In this document: positions 12,450-25,715 of the stretch, piece by piece
Numbering within the stretch: the stretch's first letter is position 1
Layout of the letters: each line of letters begins with the position of its first letter
Assembly: GCF_018350175.1 (NCBI RefSeq)
Contig: NC_058383.1
Location: 7,378,001 to 7,442,000, forward strand
Source: Felis catus
Lineage: Eukaryota
DNA: 64,000 nt
Direction: 5' to 3'
Position numbers and translations under genes: made by a program
The notes under the pieces: generated by a model
What the model was told of the DNA's origin: nothing
The model's input: only the letters and a program-made list of their open reading frames with translations
Database searches by the model: none

Positions 12450-15234
12450 ACTCTAGGCTAAAACATTTTAAAATATTGATGAAATGGGTGATTTTCTAGG
12501 AAATTTTCAAAATTGATATAAGAAGTCAAAATCCTGAACTTATCACAAATCACAAATGAGATTTTTTTAAGGTTTACAACAATATACTTCCAAGAAAGAT
12601 GTCAAATCTAATTGGCTTTGAGGGTAAATTCTTTCAAATGTTCTAGAAATAAATCATTTCTATACTGTGAAAACTGCTGCAGAACATTGGGGAAAGTGGA
12701 GTATTTCCCAAGTCATTTTATGAAGCTAACAGAAACCTGGACACCAATTCCTGGCTAACACACACAACATAGAAAAAAATACAAAACCTTACATTAATCT
12801 CATTTAAAAGTATAGATATAATGATTATTAAAAAAATAAGCAAATCAGATTCAACATTTTAATGATACTGTGACCAATTTGGATTTATTATAGCATAGGA
12901 CTAGCTAAACATTAGAAAATCTATTAATATAGTTTATTGTATAAAAAGGAGAAAGGACAATTCAAATAGATGCAAATCAGTATTCTGTGAAATTAAACAG
13001 ATAACATTTATCTTAACAAACAAAAGCTCTAGAAAAGTAGAAGCAAATACTTCTATATCATGAAAAAATATTTTAAATCTATCTCAAACCAACAACTAAT
13101 ATCAAAGATAAAGAATAAAACACCAAACATTTTTTTTAAGGTTTTTAAGTAATCTCTACACCCAACATGGGGCTCGAATTCACAATCCCAAAATCAAGAG
13201 TCACATGCTCTATCAACTGATGAGCCAGCCAGGTACCATCCCCCCCCCAATTTTTCTGTTAGAGAATATGGTATCATTATTATAATACTAGGATTATAAA
13301 ATACTTACTGTGTACCAGCCAATATTGCAAGAATTTTACATTTGGTAGTTAAATCCTATGATGGAACTATGCCCAAGATTACACGGTAAGGCATAAACAA
13401 AATTTCTGTTATTCATGTATGATATCATTACCTAAAAACCCAAGGAAGCACCTGAAAATTGTTAGAGTCAATTGTAACTCAGTAACATGGCTAGTTATAA
13501 AATATTTAAACAAAAACTTAATAGCTTTCCCTTATACTTTCCTGCATACTACCAATGATCAGTCACCAAAGTTTCAACAGAAACAACTTTTAATTTTCTA
13601 GAAATGAAGTGATAAAAGTATAATATGTATATCAATTCAACTTCAAAACTTTACTAAATGACATGGAAGAAGAGTTAAATAAATAGACATATGTTCTTGG
13701 ACAGGAATACACAGTATTGTAAATATGTTCAACTTAAATGCAATTATGATTAAAATTCCAAAGGGGTATTTTTTTTAAGATTTTATTTTTAAGTAATATC
13801 TACACCCAACATGGGGCTCGAACTCACAACCCCAAGATCAAGAGTCGCGCACTCCACCAACTGAGCCAGCCAGGTGCCCCCAAAGAGGTAGTTTTAATCT
13901 AACAAAATAATCATTGGGTTCATCTGGGAGAAAAATGTTAAAAAATCACCAAGAAAATGCTTAAATAATGAGGTACTCTGATATTAAAATGTGTACTAAA
14001 CTAAAATGTGCTCTAAACTACAATAGATAAAAAAACATGTTATACTGAAAACAGACTAGAGAGGCTAATAATACTGCAAAATCCAACCACATGCTGGAGA
14101 GAAAGCCTGGCCTCAGACCATATGATAAAGGCAGCATTTCAAACCAGCGCAGAATAAAGACATTATTCAATAAATGGTATTGTGATAACTTGGGTAAAAA
14201 ATTTTAATTAAAGAGTTAAAATTTTGATAGTAAAACAAAAAACCTATTATTTTTGGAAGTAAAAATTTACTTGATCTTGCATTGGAAAGGACTTTTTATT
14301 GTAGTACAAAATACATAACATGAAGTTCATCATTTTAACATTTTAAAGTGTACAATTCAGTGACATTAAGTACATTCACAATATTGTGCAACCATTCCCA
14401 CTACTTCCAGATCTTTTAATCACCCCAAAGAAAACCCCATATCCATTAAGCATTCACTCCCCATTCCCCCCCTCCTTCCCTCTGGCAACCACTAACTTTC
14501 TGTCTGTATGGATTTGCCCATTCTACACACTTCATATAAATAGAAACATATGATAAGTAGCCTTTTGTTTTTGGCTTCTTTCATTTCCAAACTCATTCAT
14601 GTTTCAGCGTGAATCAGGACTTCATCACTTTTAACAGCTGAATGATATTCCATTGTATATAGATATATTAGTTTTTGTTTGTCATTCATCAGTTGATGGA
14701 CATTTGAGTTGTTTCCACCTTTCAGCTATTGTGAATAGTACTGCTACAACCATTTGTGTACGTTTTTCTGTGGTGGACATATGTTTTCAATTCTCTTGAT
14801 TTACGGATTTTAGGAGTGATTTCCCTTTCTGCAAAAAGGCCATTGGGATTTTTATAAGGATTGCACTGAACCTGTAGATCACTTTGCAGTATGATAGACA
14901 GTGTGGCCATCTTCACCATATTAAGTCTTTTAACAACCCATGAATATGGATGTCTTTCCATTTATTTAGATCTTCTTTAATTTCTTCAGCAATTTTTTTT
15001 TTTTTGTAATTTTCCTTATACAAGTCTCACACCTCCTTGGTTAACTTTATTTCTAAGTATATTATTCTTTTTATGTATTATAAATGGTATTGTTATTTAA
15101 ATGTCCTTTTTAGATTAATTGCTAATGAATATAAATACAACTGATTTTTGTGTGTCGATTTTGTGTCCTGCAAATTTGCTGAATTGGTTTATTAGCTCTA
15201 ACAGTGTTTTCATGGATTCTCTGGGATTTTATAA

Positions 15235-15279
<45 letters not shown>

Positions 15280-16810
15280 CAGAGAGAGAGAAAAATGTAT
15301 ACACACACACACACACACAACCATGTTATCTGCAAATAAATATAGTTTTATTTCATTTACAATTTGGATGTGTTTTATTTTTCTTGCCTAGTTGCTCTGG
15401 CTAGAACTTCTAATTCAACGCTGAATAGACATGGTAAAAGCAGGCATCCTTTTCTTGTTATCATGAAAGTGTTGGATTTTGTCAAATGCTTTTTTTGCAT
15501 CAATTGAGATGATCATGTGGGAATTTTGTTTTCCTTCTTTCTCCTATTGTGGTGTATTACAGTGATTGATTTTTGTAAGTTGAACCATCTTTGCATTCCT
15601 GGGTTAAATCCCACTTTATCACAGTATATAATCCTTTCAATATGTTGCTGGATTTAGTTCACTAATACTTTGTTGAAGATTTTTGCATCTATGTTCATAA
15701 AGAATATTGGTTTGCAGTTTTCTTTCCTTGCAATGTATTCTTATAGCTTTGTTATAAGGATAATGCTGGACTAACAGAATAAATTAGGAAGTGTTTCTTC
15801 CTCTCCTATTTTTTGAAGGAGGTTGACAAGAATTGGTATTCATACTTCTTTTTTTTTTCTTTTTTTTTTTCAACGTTTATTTATTTTTGGGACAGAGAGA
15901 GACAGAGCATGAACGGGCGAGGGGCAGAGAGAGAGGGAGACACAGAATCAGAAACAGGCTCCAGGCTCTGAGCCATCAGCCCAGAGCCTGATGCGGGGCT
16001 CGAACTCCCGGACCACGAGATCATGACCTGGCTGAAGTCGGACGCTTAACCGACTGCGCCACCCAGGCGCCCCTTTTTTAAAATTTTTTTAACGTTTATT
16101 TATTTTTGAGACAGAGAGAGACAGAGCATGAACAGGGGAGGGTCAGAGAGAGAGAGGGATACACAGAATCTGAAATAGGCTCCGGGCTCTGAGCTGTCAG
16201 CACAGAGACCGACGCGGGGCTCAAACTCACGGACAGCGAGATCATGACCTGAGCCCAAGTCGTCCGCCTAACCGACTGAGCCACCTAGGCGCCCCAGTAT
16301 TCATACTTCTTTAAATGTTTGGTAGAATTTTTCACTGGATAATACCAGTAAAGCCCTCTGGTCGTGGACTTTTCCTTTTGTGAAAGTCTTTGATTACTGA
16401 TTCAATTTCCTAACTTGTTATAGGTCTATTCAGATTTTTATTTCCTCTTGAATCAGTTTTGGTACATTGTGTGTTTCTAGGAATTTGTCCATTTCATCTA
16501 GATTATTTAATTTGTTGGCAACTATTCAGAATATTCTTATAATCTTTTTCTTTTTCCTGTAAGGTCAATAGTANNNNNNNNNNNNNNNNNNNNNNNNNNN
16601 NNNNNNNNNNNNNNNNNNNNNNNNNNNNNNNNNNNNNNNNNNNNNNNNNNNNNNNNNNNNNNNNNNNNNNNNNNNNNNNNNNNNNNNNNNNNNNNNNNNN
16701 NCTATTATTTTGAATTCTCTACTACTTTATTTTGTATTCTCTATCTCCACTCTAATGTTTATTATATCCTTCCTTCTGTTCTCTTTAGGTTTAGTTTGCT
16801 TTTTTTCTAG
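12450..16810. mobile_element. Composite of L1 fragments (+ strand L1ME-like 12450-14280; - strand L1 3' end and ORF2 14290-16810) with embedded SINEs and (CA)n
   Basis: L1 ORF2 motifs on the minus strand (MERHPYSW..RLNMVKMATL..DLQVQCNPYKNP); boundaries approximate. Confidence 0.7.
15845..16295 (-). mobile_element. Two head-to-tail Can-SINEs inside one TSD pair
   Basis: Young SINE ~15845-16072 and older SINE ~16073-16295; outer TSD gtattcatacttcttt. Confidence 0.88.
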
Positions 16811-16939
16811 TGTGTGTGTGTGTGGGGGAGTTGGGGGGGTACTTTCTAAGCCTGACACTGAAGGGAAAAATCATAAAAAACTTGACAGTTTAATTACAAG
16901 AAAAAAAACTTAACTTGTACATCAAAAAACACAGGAATT

Positions 16940-17165
16940 GGGGCGCTTGGGTGGCTCAGTCGGTTAAGCGTCCGACTTCAGCTCAGGTCATGATCTCGTG
17001 GTTTGTGAGTTCAAGCCCCACATCAGGCTCTGTGCTGATAGCCTGGAACAAGGAACCTGCTTCGGATTCTGTGTCTCCCTCTCTCTCTGCCCCTCCCCTG
17101 CTCATGCTCTGTCTCACTCTGTCTCTCAAAAATAAATAAATGTTTAAAAAAATTAAAAAAAAACA
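16940..17165 (+). mobile_element. Can-SINE with TSD aaaaaacacaggaat
   Basis: SINEC body with duplicated flank. Confidence 0.9.
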
Positions 17166-17384
17166 CAGGAATAAAAGACAAAAAGCAAACTGAAAAAAAC
17201 ATTTGAAACCCGAGTCAGACAAAGGTTAACATTCTAACAGCTCCTACAAACAGTAAAATGAACATCTTAGCAGAAAAGTGAGCAATAGACAGGCTTAAGA
17301 AAAAGAGTAAAAGAAAAATCATCCTAATGGTTACTAAACATATAATTAAACCCTCAATCATAATTGTAAAAGAAATTAAAATAG

Positions 17385-17600
17385 GGGCACCTGAGTCTCA
17401 ATCAGTTAAACGTTCAACTCCTGGTTTTGGTTCAGGTCACGATCTCACAGTTCATGGGATGGAGGCCCACATCAGGCTCTTTGGTGACAGCATGGAATCT
17501 GCTTGGGATTCTCTCTCCTCTCTCTCTCTCTCTGCTCCTACCCCTACTCCGTCTCTGTCTCTGAAAATAAATAAACATTTAAAAAATTTTTAAAGGGTAT
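17385..17600 (+). mobile_element. Can-SINE (older)
   Basis: Diverged SINEC body. Confidence 0.8.
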
Positions 17601-17879
17601 TAAAAAAAAAGACATAATATTTTTCTGTTTTTTTATTCAAGTGAAATTCACATAACACAAAATTAATCATTTTAAAGTGAGCAATTCAGGGGCATTTAGT
17701 ACTTTCACAGTGTTATGTAACTACCACATCCATCTAGTTCCAAAACATTTTCTTCACCCCAAAAGGAAAGCTAGTAACCATTAAGCAGTTACTCCTCACC
17801 CCCCTCCTCCCAGCTGCTAGCACCATCAATATATATATTTTTCCACCAAAGAGAAAATAAAGCAGTGATAACTCACATA

Positions 17880-18040
17880 TTGGTATATCAGAATCACCTG
17901 GGAAGCCTCAAAAATTCCAATGCCGAAGGTCACATCCCAGACCAATTAAATCAGAATCTTTGGGAGTGGGACCAGGGTATCAGTATTTTTTAAGGTTCCC
18001 CACATGATTCCTATGTATAGTCAAAGTTGAGAATCACTAA
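17880..18040. mobile_element. MER5-like DNA transposon
   Basis: atcagaatcacctggg...ccagaccaattaaatcagaatct...gttgagaatcact. Confidence 0.65.
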
Positions 18041-19435
18041 TTTAAAAGGGGGATAATATCTAACATTAATTCAAGTGAGAGTATATCCTAGTATAGGGTG
18101 CTGTGTAATTTGTGCAACTTTTTGAAAGAGCTGTCTGGCAGTAATAATAGCTCACATTTATTGAGCTCTTATCATGTTCCAGACACTAGGCTAAGTGTGT
18201 TATTAGTTCTTTCAATCCTCACAGCTGCCCATGAAGCAGTATGCTATCACCTTCATTTTATAGATGCAGAAAACAGAGTTACAGAGGGACTAAATGATGT
18301 AACTAAATTACAGAGCATATGAGTGTTTTTAATACATGCTTTTGCCACTACTCTACACTGTGGACTGCCATCCTTTAAAATGCTCCTTCTAGAAAGTTAT
18401 CCTATCTAGAAAGTGCATATCCTGGATATGCACAAGAATTTTCAGTCTATGCTGTTTAAAAATGAAAATTGAAAATAATTTACATAACCAGGTGTACAAT
18501 AGGAAATTATTAAATTACATAAATTAAATGACTGAATATTAGGTAGTTTTATTTTTTTTATTCTATTCTATTCTACTCTATTTTATTATTTTAGTAAGCT
18601 TCATGCCCAGCATGGAGCCCAAATTCATGACCCTGAGATCAAGACCTGAGCTGAGATCAAGAGTCAGACAGCCAACCAACTAAGCCACCCAGGTACCCCC
18701 TAGGTAGCTCTTTTAAATGGGTAGTTGAATGTATGTATGTACATAGTTGAATTATCGGTAGGCCAAAAAATCAAANNNNNNNNNNNNNNNNNNNNNNNNN
18801 NNNNNNNNNNNNNNNNNNNNNNNNNNNNNNNNNNNNNNNNNNNNNNNNNNNNNNNNNNNNNNNNNNNNNNNNNNNNNNNNNNNNNNNNNNNNNNNNNNNN
18901 NNNNNNNNNNNNNNNNNNNNNNNNNNNNNNNNNNNNNNNNNNNNNNNNNNGATTCTCTCTCTCCCTCTGCCCCTCTCCCTGACTTGTTCTCTTTCTCTCT
19001 CCCTAAAAAATAAAATAAGTTTAAAGGGGTCTCATCCCAAGCACTTCCCAACCCTCAGCTACTCGCCCTTTGCTTCTCTCTTCCTTTCATTTCCTCCCCC
19101 CACCCCCCCTCCATTCCTTCTCCTTCGATCTCCTTTCCCTTCTACCCTTTACCACTCTGGGTCCTCAGTGCATTTGGAGGCAGAAAGTTCAAAGACAGCA
19201 GCAGGAATTGTGCAGGAGTGCGTGGCTGCCTGCCTGGTGGGGGCAAAAAGGGGCATGGGAGGTGGTGAACAGGGTCCCCACCAAGAACAACTCTTGGCTG
19301 TTTGCACCACGTACACACTTGGTTGGGAGGAAATGAAATAAAGCACAAGGAAACAAAAATGAAAGCAACAGGCACAGAATTTGTGGCAGGGTTTTCCAAA
19401 TAAAGAGGCAAGAGCGAATCTGTGTCCATGTTTAC

Positions 19436-19695
19436 AATTTTTTTTTTAATTTTTTTTTTCAACGTTTATTTATTTTTGGGACAGAGAGAGACAGAGCATG
19501 GACAGGGGAGGGGCAGAGAGAGAGGGAGACACAGAATCGGAAACAGGCTCCAGGCTCTGAGCCATCAGCCCAGAGCCCGACGCGGGGCTCGAACTCACGG
19601 ACCGCGAGATCGTGACCTGGCTGAAGTCGGACGCTTAACCAACTGCGCCACCCAGGCGCCCCTACAATTTTTTTTTAAGTTTATTTAGAGAGGGG

Positions 19696-19739
<44 letters not shown>

Positions 19740-19900
19740 TTGAGCATGAGCAGGGAAGGGGCAGAGAGAGAGGGAAAGAGAGAGAATCCTAAGCCGGTTC
19801 TGACAGGGTCTGACAGGGGTTAGATCCCATGACCCTGCAATCGTGACCTGAGCTGAAATCAAGAGTTGGACGCTTAACTGACTGAGCCACGCAGGCACCC
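19436..19900 (-). mobile_element. Two tandem Can-SINEs (young plus older)
   Basis: Young SINE 19436-19661 with TSD tacaattttttttt, adjacent to older SINE 19663-19900. Confidence 0.88.
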
Positions 19901-20272
19901 CTCATGTTTATAAATTTTTTTTTTTACTTAAAAAAATCCTTATTATAATAAAGTGACATTAGACATTTTATGATTTTTAGAAAAATAGCCACAAATCTGT
20001 AAATGTAAATCTGTCCTTAAACCATTCCGTGTCACTTTTTTTTTATAATTTAACTTTATTTTTTATTTTTTAAATTTTACATCCAAATTAGTTAGTATAT
20101 AGTGAAGCAGTGATTTCATGTTTATAATTTTTTAACTCAAGGAAACAAAGCGGGTCTGAGATATGGATTGTGAGAAAGTGGAAGTCTCCCTCCCTCCTGC
20201 CAGAGTCTTGAGCAGCCTGTCAGAGTAATTCAGGGCTATGCCCCCAACCAGCCCCAGGACCTCTCCCAGTCG

Positions 20273-20455
20273 TGACTGGCAGGACCAACTACAACATGTG
20301 GGGGCCCTGTACAAAATGAAAATGTGGGGCCCTTTGTTCAAAAATTATTACAAATTTCAAGATGGGGACAGCACAGCATTAAACCCAGCACAGGCCCTTC
20401 TGAGCACGGGACCTTGTGTGACTGTACAGTTTGAGCACCCATGAAGTCAGCTCTG
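20273..20455 (-). mobile_element. MER45A-like hAT-Tip100 element
   Basis: ggggccctgtacaaaatgaaaatgtggggccc...aatttcaagatggggacagcacagcattaaacc pattern. Confidence 0.55.
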
Positions 20456-20605
20456 ATGAAAAGCAATAGTAATATGGACAGGACTGACAACACACAGGAA
20501 CCGACCCAGGCAGTAGAGTAAATGACAGTCACAAAGGAAATTAGGCAGTCGGGGTCCCACAGTGGGGTCTGTGAACTATCTGAAGTATTTAAAATACTTA
20601 GTAGA

Positions 20606-20835
20606 AGGGCACTTGGGTGGCTCAGTCGGTTAAGCAACTGATTTTGGCTCAGGTCATGATCTCACGGTTTGTGAGTTTGAGCCCCACATCAGACTCTGTG
20701 CTGACAGCTCGGAGCCTGGAGCCTGCTTCAGATTCTGTGTCTACCTCTCTTTCTGCCCTCCCCTTTTGCACTCCATCTCTCTCTCTCTCTCTCTCTCAAA
20801 AAATAAATAAACATTAAAAAATTTTTTAAATAAAA
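20606..20835 (+). mobile_element. Can-SINE
   Basis: SINEC body; flanks share aaaata(c/t)ttagtagaa. Confidence 0.88.
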
Positions 20836-20967
20836 TATTTAGTAGAAATGGATGTTGAAGATATCCAATGATACTGGAAATAGAAATGAAAAATTTTAAT
20901 AAATTTGAAACAAAAATGGGGGAAAGGTTACATCATATTATAATATTGTAAAAAGAGACTAAAAATA

Positions 20968-21320
20968 GGGTGTCTCAGTCCTGGCTGCTGTACCAAAGTA
21001 CCATAGCCTGGGTGGCTCAGATACAACAGAAATTTAGTTCTGGAGCCTGGAAGTCCAAGATCAGAGTGCCAGGATGGTCAGGTTCTGGTGAAAGCCCTCT
21101 TTTGAGTTGAGACTGCTGACTTCTAGTTTTATCCTCATATGGTAGAGAAAAGAGACAAGAAGGAAGCTCTCCCCAGTCTCTTCTTATTGTGGCCCTAATC
21201 CCACTCACAGGGCTCCACCCTCAGGACCTCATCACCTCCCAAAGGCCCCACCTACTACCATCACATTTGGGGTTAGGATTGCAACATATAAAAGGGGGTG
21301 AGGGGAGACATTTAGTCCAT
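20968..21320. mobile_element. MLT1-type (ERVL-MaLR) LTR
   Basis: tgtctcagtcc..ggctgctgtaccaaagtaccatagcctgggtggct..gaagtccaagatcagagtgcc..ggggttaggatt pattern. Confidence 0.7.
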
Positions 21321-21499
21321 AACAAAGGGGGTCATTGGTGATGAAAACATTAAAGAATCATGAAATAATATTAACTCATATCTTCATTAGAATCTAATCA
21401 ACTTGGGAAGAGTTTTCAAGGGAAAAGTCAGAATCAGAAAGGACTCTCTCCCATGTCCAACCCAGGAAAGTTCTCCTTGATGGGCCCAACCCCCTCTGT

Positions 21500-24400
21500 C
21501 TCTGAGATGATTTAGAACTTGGTTGAACCCCATGATCTAGCATACACCCCTCTGGGTTCATATTACCATCCCACCTCCATCTTAGCCCCTTTCTGGTCTC
21601 CCACCCTTCCTCTCTTTGGAGTATCTGCCAAGACTTGCCCAGGCCTTTATTCTTTCTGCAGTGGCTACATTGTCATTTATTTGAGGAGAGAAAAGAAAGG
21701 GTCACCAAATTTGGCTTCCTTACCTCTCATGGGTGGTTTTATGGTAAGGGAGGTGGGGATGATGGAGAGAGAGGGGTAATTGGGAAAGAGATGATACTGG
21801 ATTTGTGGACCTGAATTTTATTTGATTTTGTTTTGCCCAATTTTGAGAAAATAAAGCCCCAATTTATGAACATAATCTTAGTTTGCAAGGCAAGGGGCTA
21901 AATTCTAATGACAGCCCTGAGCTGAGGTTTGAGGGACTGAATAGAGAATGAGATGAGCTGATATTTTCAAATACAAGTAATACTGGGCTGTAACTCCACA
22001 AATGCAAGAAATTGTTGTTTAACAAGTCCACAGTGGTGCCAACTGGACTCCCATCCATTCAGGCCCTATAGGATCATGTGCACCAGGAGCTCTGGGAATT
22101 TACACATCTCCATCTTACCATCAGGATCATTTAAATACAGATGCTTGCCCCAATCACACTCACCTCTAATGAAGGCAGGAGAGCCCCTCCTTACTCTAGC
22201 TCCCAGTCGGCTTGGTCACTTGCTGCTGACTGGCTGGCCCTGGGCCTTGGCTTTCCAGCTCACTGTGCCACGCCTCTGAGGCCACATTTGCCCACCCTCA
22301 CCTGCCACATTCCCAGCTCCACTGCCTTGACCTGGAAGGGACTCAAGCTCATAACTGCTCAGGGCCTTTCAGATCCTACCGCAAGTTGCTCCTGTTATCT
22401 GCCAACAACCCTCCTCCCTCATTTCTAAACAATGTCAGCTCCTGGCTCAGTGTCACTTTCTCCAATTCCCTACCTGTCCTAACACTCAGCAATTTCAAAA
22501 TCCATGTGGGTGAATCTTTCAACACCACAGCCTTTCACTTCCGTGAGCTGCTCTCCACCGACAATGCTGTCATCCACCTTCCTTAGTCACTCTTTCTGGG
22601 ATGACCATTTCACACCTGGGCCTGTGTCCTCAAACTCCAAATACATCATCTCCCCCTCTCTCCTAGGCAATGGCTGTAGTCCCCAATTCTGAAAATATTT
22701 CAGACTCCCCCACCCGCATTTCTATCCAGCTACTATCAGCATCTGTGTCCATATAACCAGCCTGCCCATCAGTTGCCATGAATGAACCGTCCATATTCTT
22801 ATCTAAAGACCATCCTTCACTAGACCCCATCCTCCCTCAATTTCACAAGGCTATTGCCCCAGAAATTTTCTTTGCTCTCTCCTACATCACCACCCCCCCC
22901 CCCACTGCTTCTGAGTTATTCCTAACAGCATAGAACTCTGCTTTTATTCTCTCAATTTGACAAAACCTTCCCTTGACCCCGTTGATCACCAGGGTCTGTT
23001 CTGATCACTGATTAATCCAGTGATTAATCCACAGATTAATCCTTCTACCAGCTACTGCCCCTTTTCTTTGATTCCTTTGCAGTAAAACTCTTAAAAGTAT
23101 ATGACTTTATTCAATGCAATTGATTTCTCCACTCCCATTCTCTTAATGTTATATCAGACTCTGTTCTGACCATTCCACTGAAACTGTCCTTCTTGAAATT
23201 ATCAATGATCTTCATAGCACATAATCCAACAATCAATCACCTACTGATGGTTCTCAGCACCTATCAGTAGTGTCTGCACCAGCTGGTTACTCACTCCCCC
23301 CTGATATATACTCTTCACTTGTTTTCCAGGACACCTCACTTTCCTGGTTTCCTCTAACCTACCAATTGGTAAATTGTTCCTTCCCAGACTCCTTCACTGA
23401 TTCCTCCTCTTCTCACAATCTCTTGATGTTGGCATGCCCCAGGGATCAGACTTGGATTCTCTTCTCTATTTACATTCACTCCCTTGTTTAGCTTATCCAA
23501 TATCATGGCCATCTATTAACCAATAGCTCCCAAATTTATATTTCTAGCACAGAACTCCTTCCTGATTTCCAGACTCTTCTATCTGCCTACTCAAAATCTC
23601 CACTTGGATACATACCAGATAGATATGGGCAAAAATGAACTGATTCCACCACCAATTGCCCTCTAAATTAACTACTCTATCCTTATCTTTTCCCACTAAG
23701 TTGATAATGCCATCCTTACAGTGGCTCAGGCCAAACACCTTAAAATCATTCTTATTGCTTTATTTTTTCTCACATCCTACACTCAATGCTTCAGGAAATC
23801 CTATTGGTTTCACCTTCAAGATATATTTATAATCTGACTACCTCTCAATACCTCCACTACTACTACCCTGGTCAACGTCACCATAATCTCTTACTTAATT
23901 GGTCTTCTTGCTTCAGCACTTACTTTCCTATAGCCTTTTCTCAACAGAACATCCAGAATGATCCTTTTAATAGTAAGATCATGTCATTCCTCTGTTTAAA
24001 CTCCCTGGTGAGTCCCTATTTCACTCAGCATGCATTCTCAACAGGAACAATATCATCTCCAAGGGGATGAAAGTTGTTTTTGGGGGAGCAGGGGGTGAAA
24101 AAATCTTGGATATTATAATGGTTTCTAGCCCTCCAAAGGGCCACAGTACATAGATAAATAGAAGCTATATCTATGGTATTAAAATTTCATGAGAGGGTAG
24201 CAATTAGGAAAATAAAAATCTAAAAAGTCTCCTACAGGGCATAATAATGGGGGAGGGGGAAGTTGACAACAACTCAGAAGAAAAACCAAATTCCTATATA
24301 GCTATACATGTTCTGGCCTCCATTACCTCCCTGAACTTGTCTCCTACTACTCCTACTACTCTCCACTTGATCATTTAGTTTCAACCACATTGGCTTCTTT

Positions 24401-24815
24401 GCTAATTCTCAAGTATATCAGATAAGCGCATTCATATGCACACACACTGAGCCTTTGTATTCGTTACCTCTTCCATGGATACTCTTTCCCATTTCCTCCA
24501 GGCTGACTCCCTCACCTCCTTCCAGTCTTTGCCGGAGTCTTCTCAATGTCTCCTCAGTGAAACCTACCAGGACCACCCTATTTAATAGAGCAGCAGGTCC
24601 CCTCTTACCTCCACACTCTGGATCCCATTTACCCTGATGATTTTTTTCCTATACCACTTATCATCTTCTAACACGCTACTTAATTTTCCTTTTATATGTA
24701 TTGCTTACTTTCTGTCTCCATCTACTAGAGTATCAGCTCCATGACGATAGACAGCTTTGTTCTACCCACAACCTCTAGAACAATGTCTAGTAGTAGCTCT
24801 GTAATGAATGAATTA
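21500..24815 (+). mobile_element. Long degenerate L2 fragment
   Basis: Pyrimidine-rich L2 ORF2/3' motifs ending in ctagaacaatgtct..aatgaatgaat. Confidence 0.7.
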
Positions 24816-24920
24816 ATCCTTTCTAGCCTTAGGGGAAAAACTTACGTCCTAAAAGTAATTATAAATTCAGTTGAGGGTAAATCTATAACTGGAAAAAAAG
24901 TATGAAGCCAGGGCTGAGGA

Positions 24921-25350
24921 TGTGACTCATGACCACATTATTAATTCTGTCTGGGACCCCCTCCTTAAGGCCATAAAAATAACAAGAAATTGAGGCATGT
25001 TAAAGCTGTCGGGAGCCTAGCCCAGGCTGAGAGGGACTTTTTGCCTGGGCTTCACATTCATGAAAGCCTCAAATGTAGGTTTTGAACATTCCTTCTAAAG
25101 GGTGTTGGTTATATATTCAGTCAGAGACATGCCCACAAGAAAGGAAGGAGACTTTCAGATTACAACTTAACTGGTGTCTTATAGCATTCTGCTTCTCAGA
25201 TTAACTTTGTAACCCTGGCAATTGCATGACTGTCAAAATCATAAAGCTTTGTAATATCTCTGTGTTAAAAGCATTCATTTGTCAAGTGCAACCGTTTCAG
25301 TCATAGCACAATTTTGGAACCCTGCTTTTGCTTCTTTTTGTTTTTTCACA
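24921..25350 (-). mobile_element. Probable ERV LTR (family uncertain)
   Basis: TGTGA...TCACA termini, ~430 bp; no clear TSD. Confidence 0.4.
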
Positions 25351-25715
25351 TACTACTAAATTTGAGAAACGAAGTGGCTTGAGCCTGTGTATTATTAGAT
25401 GGGCTTTGTTGTCTCTTGGCCACAGAAAGCCAAGGAAGTGGACTCTCCAACTTTATATGGGCTCCCAGCACTCACAGGCTGTAGTGCTCCAGACATTCAA
25501 GTGTCTCCTCCCCTTCTGGCTCACCAGTGCTTCCTCAAGATATGTACTTACAAAGCACATTCCTTCCCCTTTGCTCAGTTATCCCATAAGACTCCTGGGT
25601 GGAGACAAGGGAAAGCCAGTGGGAAAGGATCACCCACAACTGCAGTCCCAGGTATGAATGCTGCCACAGAGACCATCACAGCAAAGGGGCACCCACCCTC
25701 TTTGGCTTTTGTGGA

